A DNA stretch of 64,000 nucleotides from Acidimicrobiales bacterium (GTDB lineage: Bacteria; Actinomycetota; Acidimicrobiia; Acidimicrobiales; JADJXE01): the NCBI GenBank assembly GCA_016716005.1, contig JADJXE010000001.1, forward strand, positions 2,767,011 to 2,831,010. The letters are read 5' to 3'. Made by a program: the position numbers and the translations under genes. Below the pieces are notes generated by a model. That model was not told the origin of the DNA. It did not search any database and was given only the letters and a program-made list of their open reading frames with translations. Shown one piece after another: positions 58,519-64,000 of the stretch (the stretch's first letter is position 1; each line of letters opens with the position of its first letter).

Positions 58519-59361
58519 GTGCTGACGGTCGGCTTCTACGGGGTGCGGGGCTCCACGCCCTGCTCGAGCGAGGCGAACCGGCGCTTCGGGGGCAACACCT
58601 CGTGCGTCGCGCTCGAGGTGCCCGGCGAGGACCCGCTGGTGTTCGACCTGGGCACGGGCCTGCGGTTCTGGGGCCACACCCAGCCCGACGACGGCACCTT
58701 CCACGGAGCCGCCCTGGTGAGTCACCTCCACTGGGACCACGTGCAGGGGCTGCCGTTCTTCGTGCCGATCAACCGGCCGGGCGCCACCCTCGACGTGTAC
58801 GGCCCGCACCAGGAGGGGAGCCCGTCGGTCGAGGACGCCTTCCACGAGTTCATGCGGCCGCCGTACTTCCCGGTGCAGCTCGACGGCCTTGCCGGCGAGG
58901 TGCGCTTCCACGACCTGGGGGTCGACGACGTGGCCATCGGCACGGCCAAGGTGCGGGCCCGCCCCGTCCCCCACGTGGGCCTCACCAGCGGCTACCGGGT
59001 GGAGTGGGGCGGGGCGTCGGTGGCGTACGTCAGCGACCACCAGCAGCCCCTCGACGGGTCGCTGCGTGTGCCCGACGACGTGCTCGAGCTGTGCGACGGC
59101 GCCGACCTGGTGATCCACGACGCGCAGTACACGCGCGAGGAGTTCTGTCAGAAGCCCCACTGGGGGCACTGCACGGTCGAGTACGCGGTGCACGTCGCCC
59201 GCGAGGCGGGCGCCCGGCGCCTGGCCCTGTTCCACCACGACCCCGACCACCACGACGCCGTCCTCGACGTGATCTCGCGCAACGCGTCCGACGCCGGGGA
59301 GCGCGTGGGCCTCGAGGTGCTGACCGCCCACGAGGGCCTCACCGTCGCCTTCGACGGCTGA
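58519..59361 (+). CDS. MBL-fold metallohydrolase (possible cyclic-nucleotide phosphodiesterase)
   Basis: GGNTSCV, DLGTG, SHLHWDHVQG, IHDAQY, WGH, FHHDP. Confidence 0.88.
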   Translation: MLTVGFYGVRGSTPCSSEANRRFGGNTSCVALEVPGEDPLVFDLGTGLRFWGHTQPDDGTFHGAALVSHLHWDHVQGLPFFVPINRPGATLDVYGPHQEGSPSVEDAFHEFMRPPYFPVQLDGLAGEVRFHDLGVDDVAIGTAKVRARPVPHVGLTSGYRVEWGGASVAYVSDHQQPLDGSLRVPDDVLELCDGADLVIHDAQYTREEFCQKPHWGHCTVEYAVHVAREAGARRLALFHHDPDHHDAVLDVISRNASDAGERVGLEVLTAHEGLTVAFDG

Positions 59362-59429
59362 GGTGTGGGCGGCCCGGCGGGCCGTGGCACGATCTGGTGT
59401 CTCGTCCCCCCGCTCCAGGAGGCCGCTCC

Positions 59430-59921
59430 GTGGCCGACCAGCTCCCGCTCGACCCGGCCTCGTTCCGTCAGGTGCTCGGCTACTTCCCGACCGGCGTCAC
59501 CGTGATCACCGCCCACCCGGCCGGCGAGGCCCCGGTCGGCCTGGCCGTGGGCTCGTTCACCTCGGTGTCGCTCGAGCCGCCCCTGGTGGCGTTCTGCCCG
59601 GCCAGGACCTCGGGGAGCTGGCCCAGGATCCAGGCCACCGGTGTGTTCTGCGTGAACGTCCTGGCCGCCGACCAGGAGCACGTGTGCCGGGTGTTCGCGG
59701 GGAAGGGCGACGACAAGTTCGCCGGCCTCGGCTGGCGGCCGTCGCCGGCGGGGTCACCGGTGCTGGCCGACGCGCTGGCCTGGATCGACTGCGCGATCGA
59801 CGCGGTGCACGAGGCCGGCGACCACTTCATCGTGGTGGGTCGGGTCACCGCGCTGGCCGTGGAGCGTGCGGAGCGCCCCCTCGTGTTCTTCCGTGGCGGC
59901 TACGGCAGCGTCGCCAGCTGA
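59430..59921 (+). CDS. Flavin reductase (HpaC-like)
   Basis: FPTGVTVIT, SFTSVSLEPP, AGDH, FFRG. Confidence 0.93.
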   Translation: MADQLPLDPASFRQVLGYFPTGVTVITAHPAGEAPVGLAVGSFTSVSLEPPLVAFCPARTSGSWPRIQATGVFCVNVLAADQEHVCRVFAGKGDDKFAGLGWRPSPAGSPVLADALAWIDCAIDAVHEAGDHFIVVGRVTALAVERAERPLVFFRGGYGSVAS

Positions 59922-59942
59922 GCCGGCCCGGGTCCGGGCGCC

Positions 59943-60317
59943 GTGATCGGCTGGCTGGCGGGCGCCGCCGTCGGCGTCTCGCTCCTCGTGGCCGGGGGCG
60001 CCAAGCTGCGCGACCCGGCATGGCCCTCGCAGGCACGCGGGCTCGGGGCGCCGGCCGTCGTGATCCCCGTGCTGCCCTGGGTCGAGCTGGTGCTGGGCGC
60101 CCTGCTCGTCGTCCACGTCGCGCTCCCGTGGACCGCCTGGGCGGCCGTCGCGCTCCTCGTGCTGTTCACGGTGCTGGTCGTGGCGCGCCTCGTGCAGGGC
60201 CGGCGGGTGCCGTGCGCCTGCTTCGGCCGGCTCTCGGCCGCGCCGATCGGCCCGGGCACGATCGTCCGCAACGCCGTGCTCGTCGCCCTGGCCGTGCTGG
60301 CGGCCGTCGCGGCCTGA
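59943..60317 (+). CDS. MauE/DoxX family membrane protein
   Basis: GGAKL, ELVLG, VPCACFG, RNAVL. Confidence 0.85.
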   Translation: MIGWLAGAAVGVSLLVAGGAKLRDPAWPSQARGLGAPAVVIPVLPWVELVLGALLVVHVALPWTAWAAVALLVLFTVLVVARLVQGRRVPCACFGRLSAAPIGPGTIVRNAVLVALAVLAAVAA

Positions 60318-60357
60318 GCCTGGCCGGCCCGGCGGCGACCTCGGCGGGTGGCACGCG

Positions 60358-60410
60358 CCGTTCTGTGTGGACGAACCCGCATCCCATCGGGATTCGCCTT
60401 CACAGAACGG
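60358..60410. repeat. REP-like palindrome family B, copy 2
   Basis: CCGTTCTGTG...CACAGAACGG between convergent genes. Confidence 0.88.
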
Positions 60411-60456
60411 TCGACCCGGCGGGGGGGGCGGGGCCGTGGGCCGGTCGGCGAGGGGC

Positions 60457-62520
60457 TCAGCGATCGACGCCGAGGGCGGCGAGGAGGAACGCCAGCACGA
60501 TCGCCTCGTCGCGCCAGGCGTCGTAGCGGCCCGACGGCCCCCCGTGCCCGGCGCCCAGCTCGGTGCGCAGCAGGACGGGCCGGTCGCCGGTGGTGACGGC
60601 GCGCATCTTGGCGACCCACTTGGCCGGCTCCCAGTACTGGACCCGCGGGTCGTTGAGGCCGGCGGTGACCAGCATGGCCGGGTAGGCGACGGAGGCCACG
60701 TTCTCGTAGGGGGCGTAGCCCTTCATCCGGGCGTAGGCCGCGGGCTCCTCGGGTTTCCCCCACTCCTCCCACTCGCCCACGGTGAGCGGGAGCGACGCGT
60801 CGAGCATGGTGTTCACCACGTCGACGAACGGCACCTCGGCCACCACCGCCGCGAACAGGTCCGGCCGCATCGCGGTGGCCGCTCCCACCAGGAGCCCACC
60901 GGCGCTCCCGCCCCGGATGGCCAGGCGCCCGGCGGCGGCGTACCCGGTCGCGACCAGGTGCTCGGCGCAGGCGATGAAGTCGGTGAAGGTGCTGGTCTTG
61001 GCCTCCATCTTCCCCTGCTCGTACCAGCGGCGGCCCAGCTCGCCGCCGCCGCGGACGTGGCCGATGGCGAACACGACGCCTCGGTCGAGCAGGCTGAGAC
61101 GGGCCGGGGAGAAGGCCGCCGGCATCGACGCCTCGTACGACCCGTAGCCGTACAGCACGCACGGCGCCGTCCCGTCGACCGGCGTGTCTCGTCGACGGAC
61201 GATCGAGAGCGGCACCCGCGTGCCGTCGGGTGCGGTGGCCCACTCCCGCGAGGTGACGTAGGCGTCCTGGTCGTACCCGCCCAGGACCGGGTGGCGCTTC
61301 TTCAGCACCCGAGTCGCGGCGTCGAGGTCCTCGTCGTAGACCGACGGCGGCGTGACCATCGACGTGTACGTGAAGCGGTACGTGGACGTGTGGTACTCGG
61401 GGTTCGCTCCCGGGCCCACCTCGTAGACCTCCTCGTCGAAGGCCAGCTGGCGCTGCACGCCGTCGGATACTCGCAGCACGGTGATCCGGGGGAGGGCCCC
61501 GGTCCGCTCGTGCACGACGACGTGGTCGGCGAAGGCCTCGACGGTCACCAGCGCGACGTCGTCCCGGGGTGGGAGGAGCTCGGTCCAGTGCTCGGGGCCG
61601 GGCGACGCCACCGGCGCCTCGACCAGGCGGAAGTCGACCGCCCCGTCGTTCGTCACCACCAGGAAGCGGTCACCCTGGTGGTCGAGGTGGTACTCGACGC
61701 CGTCCCGGCGGGGCGCCACCACGCGAGGAGCGCCCGTCGGGTCGCGGGCGTCGAGCACGTGCACCTCGTCGGTGATGCGGCTGCCGGCGTGGATCACCAC
61801 GAAGGCCTCGCTCCGGGTGGCGCCCAGGCCCACCTCGAAGCGCTCGTCGTCCTCCTGGTACACGAGCACGTCGGCCGACGGGTCGCTGCCGACTTCGTGG
61901 CGCCACACCTGCCAGGGCCGCATGGCCTCGTCGGGGACCACGTAGAGGTAGGTCCTCGAGTCGGCCGCCCAGGCGCCGCCGTAGTACGTGCGGGGGAGCT
62001 CGTCGGGGAGGTCGGCGCCCGTGTCGAGGTCGCGGAAGCGAGTCCGGTACACCTCGGCCCCGCTCGTGTCCTCGCCCCAGGCCAGCAGCCGGTGGTCCGG
62101 GCTCACGTGCAGGCCGCTGGTCTCGAAGTACGTGTGCCCCTCGGCCTGCGCGTTCTCGTCGAGCAGCGCCTGCTCGGTGCCGTCGTCGCCCGCCTCCGAA
62201 CGGCTCCGGCAGTGGATCGGGTACTGCAGGCCCTCGACCGTGCGTTGGTAGTACCACCAGTCCCCCTTGCGGGCGGGGACGGAGAGGTCGGTCTCCTGCC
62301 AGCGCCCCTTGATCTCCTGGAACAGGCGCTCCTGGAGGTCGCGGGTGGGGGCGAGCACCGCCTCGGTGTGGGCGTTCTCGGCCTCGAGGTAGGCGACCAC
62401 GTCGGGGTCGTCGCGCTCCCGGAGCCAGGACCAGGGGTCGTCGACGGCGTCGCCGTGGATCGTCCGGGTGTGCGGGACCTGCTTGGCCACGGGTGGGGTG
62501 GCCGGTGCGAGCTCGGGCAT
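60457..62520 (-). CDS. ptrB: Oligopeptidase B (S9A family)
   Basis: DPWSWLR, YGYGSY, HVRGGGE, GGSAGG, DPRV, AGHGG. Confidence 0.93.
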   Translation of the reverse strand: MPELAPATPPVAKQVPHTRTIHGDAVDDPWSWLRERDDPDVVAYLEAENAHTEAVLAPTRDLQERLFQEIKGRWQETDLSVPARKGDWWYYQRTVEGLQYPIHCRSRSEAGDDGTEQALLDENAQAEGHTYFETSGLHVSPDHRLLAWGEDTSGAEVYRTRFRDLDTGADLPDELPRTYYGGAWAADSRTYLYVVPDEAMRPWQVWRHEVGSDPSADVLVYQEDDERFEVGLGATRSEAFVVIHAGSRITDEVHVLDARDPTGAPRVVAPRRDGVEYHLDHQGDRFLVVTNDGAVDFRLVEAPVASPGPEHWTELLPPRDDVALVTVEAFADHVVVHERTGALPRITVLRVSDGVQRQLAFDEEVYEVGPGANPEYHTSTYRFTYTSMVTPPSVYDEDLDAATRVLKKRHPVLGGYDQDAYVTSREWATAPDGTRVPLSIVRRRDTPVDGTAPCVLYGYGSYEASMPAAFSPARLSLLDRGVVFAIGHVRGGGELGRRWYEQGKMEAKTSTFTDFIACAEHLVATGYAAAGRLAIRGGSAGGLLVGAATAMRPDLFAAVVAEVPFVDVVNTMLDASLPLTVGEWEEWGKPEEPAAYARMKGYAPYENVASVAYPAMLVTAGLNDPRVQYWEPAKWVAKMRAVTTGDRPVLLRTELGAGHGGPSGRYDAWRDEAIVLAFLLAALGVDR

Positions 62521-62606
62521 CGGGGCGACGCTACCGGGCGCTGCGGGGCACGCCACGGGTGCTGCGCCCCCTGGCGCGTCGGGGTCGCGGTCGGCTACGG
62601 AGGGGC

Positions 62607-63125
62607 ATGGCCATCTACGCGCTCGGCGACCGCACCCCCACCATCGACCGCACCGCCTACGTCCACCCGCAGGCCACCGTGATCGGCGACGTGGTGATCG
62701 GGCCCGAGGCCTCGGTGTGGCCCGGGGCGGTGCTCCGGGGCGACTACGGCCACATCGAGGTGGGCGCCCGCACGTCGGTGCAGGACGGCGCGGTCGTCCA
62801 TGCCACCGCAGAGCTGGCCACGGTGATCGGGGCCGACTGCGTGGTCGGCCACCTGGTGCACCTCGAGGGCTGCACCATCCACGACGGCGCGCTGGTCGGG
62901 TCGGGATCCGTCGTGCTGCACCGAGCGGTCGTGCGGTCCGGTTCGCTCGTGGGCGCGGCCGCGCTCGTGCCGGGCGGCATGGTGGTGCCGGAGGGGGCGA
63001 TGGCGCTGGGCGTGCCGGCCAAGATCCTGCCCGACAGCGCAGACCGCATCGCGATCGTGCGGGGCGTCGAGACCTACCGCGACAACGCCCGGCGGTACCA
63101 CGAGCAGCTCCGTCGCCTGGACTGA
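62607..63125 (+). CDS. Gamma carbonic anhydrase family (hexapeptide repeat) protein
   Basis: VIGDV, VLRGD, SVQDG.VVH, VGH.VHLEGC. Confidence 0.92.
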   Translation: MAIYALGDRTPTIDRTAYVHPQATVIGDVVIGPEASVWPGAVLRGDYGHIEVGARTSVQDGAVVHATAELATVIGADCVVGHLVHLEGCTIHDGALVGSGSVVLHRAVVRSGSLVGAAALVPGGMVVPEGAMALGVPAKILPDSADRIAIVRGVETYRDNARRYHEQLRRLD

Positions 63126-63194
63126 ACAGACGAGCGCCTGCGCAGGACCGGGCCGGCGCGTGCCGAACGCCGGCGGCTCACGTAGCGTCGGCGC

Positions 63195-64000
63195 ATGGAC
63201 CTCGGACGCGTCGGCCTGTGGACGTTCCAGCTCGACCTGCAGCCCATGAGCCGGGCGCAGGAGATCGCCGCCGAGCTCGACGAGCTCGGGTGGGGCGCGC
63301 TGTGGGTTCCCGAGGCCGTCGGCCGCGAGCCCTTCGCCAGCTGCGCCCTGCTGCTGTCGGCGACCCGGCGGATGGTGGTGGCCACCGGCATCGCCAGCCT
63401 CCAGACCCGCAGCGCCCTGGTCATGAACGCCGGCTGGCGAACCCTCTCGGAGGCGTTCCCGGACCGGTTCCTGCTCGGCGTCGGGGTGAGCCACGCACCG
63501 ATGGTGGAGGGCGTGCTCGGCAAGGCCTACGACCGGCCGTACTCCACGATGAAGGCGTACCTCGACGCCATGGACAGGGGGCTCTTCTTCGCCGCCGCGC
63601 CGGCGACCGAGCCGCGCCGGGTGCTGGCGGCCCTGGGCCCTCGGATGCTGGCGCTGGCCGGCGAGCGGGCCGCGGGCGCGCACCCCTACTTCGTGCCCGT
63701 GGAGCACACGGTGGCGGCCCGGGCCGTGCTGGGCGCAGGGCCGCTGCTGGCACCGGAGCAGGCGGTGGTGCTCGAGGCCGATCCGGCCGAGGCCCGCCGC
63801 ATCGCCCGCCAGCACATGCAGACGTACCTGGGGTTGCCGAACTACACGAACAACCTGATGCGCCTCGGCTTCACCGACGACGACCTGGCCGGAGGCGGGA
63901 GCGACCGGCTGGTCGACGCCATCGTCGCCTGGGGCGACGTCGACGCGGTGGTGGAGCGGGTGCAGGCCCACCACGACGCCGGCGCCGACCACGTGTGCCT
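63195..64000 (+). CDS. LLM-class F420-dependent oxidoreductase (runs off the right edge)
   Basis: Manual translation: MDLGRVGLW...WVPEAVGRE...GVGVSHAPMV...AALGPRML...GAHPY. Confidence 0.88.
   Translation, partial: MDLGRVGLWTFQLDLQPMSRAQEIAAELDELGWGALWVPEAVGREPFASCALLLSATRRMVVATGIASLQTRSALVMNAGWRTLSEAFPDRFLLGVGVSHAPMVEGVLGKAYDRPYSTMKAYLDAMDRGLFFAAAPATEPRRVLAALGPRMLALAGERAAGAHPYFVPVEHTVAARAVLGAGPLLAPEQAVVLEADPAEARRIARQHMQTYLGLPNYTNNLMRLGFTDDDLAGGGSDRLVDAIVAWGDVDAVVERVQAHHDAGADHVC

Overview
Very high-GC bacterial DNA. Gene content and style (F420/LLM enzymes, leaderless TANNNT promoters, WHG-type TetR) point to Actinomycetota, probably Acidimicrobiia; this is inferred. About 60 mostly metabolic genes are present. 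Many long ORFs in the supplied track are antisense or frame shadows, and several starts were re-assigned. Main points: (1) A complete IS110-family element (19560-21022) whose upstream non-coding end folds into a two-loop bridge-RNA-like structure. Guide-like segments match its own circle junction and, partly, its insertion site, and a sigma70-like promoter forms only across the circle junction. (2) An in-frame TGA in a D-U-G-S-C-T-S-C motif (55789-55791) that joins two ORFs into one UGSC-family selenoprotein, in a coupled operon with a CxxC-thioredoxin fusion partner. (3) Dispersed ~50-nt REP-like palindromes, one directly upstream of an AbiEi/DUF559 nuclease gene. (4) A probable sulfoquinovose monooxygenase operon (sqgA-smoB-smoC-like). 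(5) tRNA-Leu(UAA) with a degenerate 3'-half copy 2 kb downstream, enclosing an integrase-less islet. (6) Ethylmalonyl-CoA-pathway-like genes (mcl1, mcl2, mcd-like), plus divergent class I and class II fumarases. No CRISPR array or rRNA was seen. Family assignments come from motifs and recalled homologues, not database searches.
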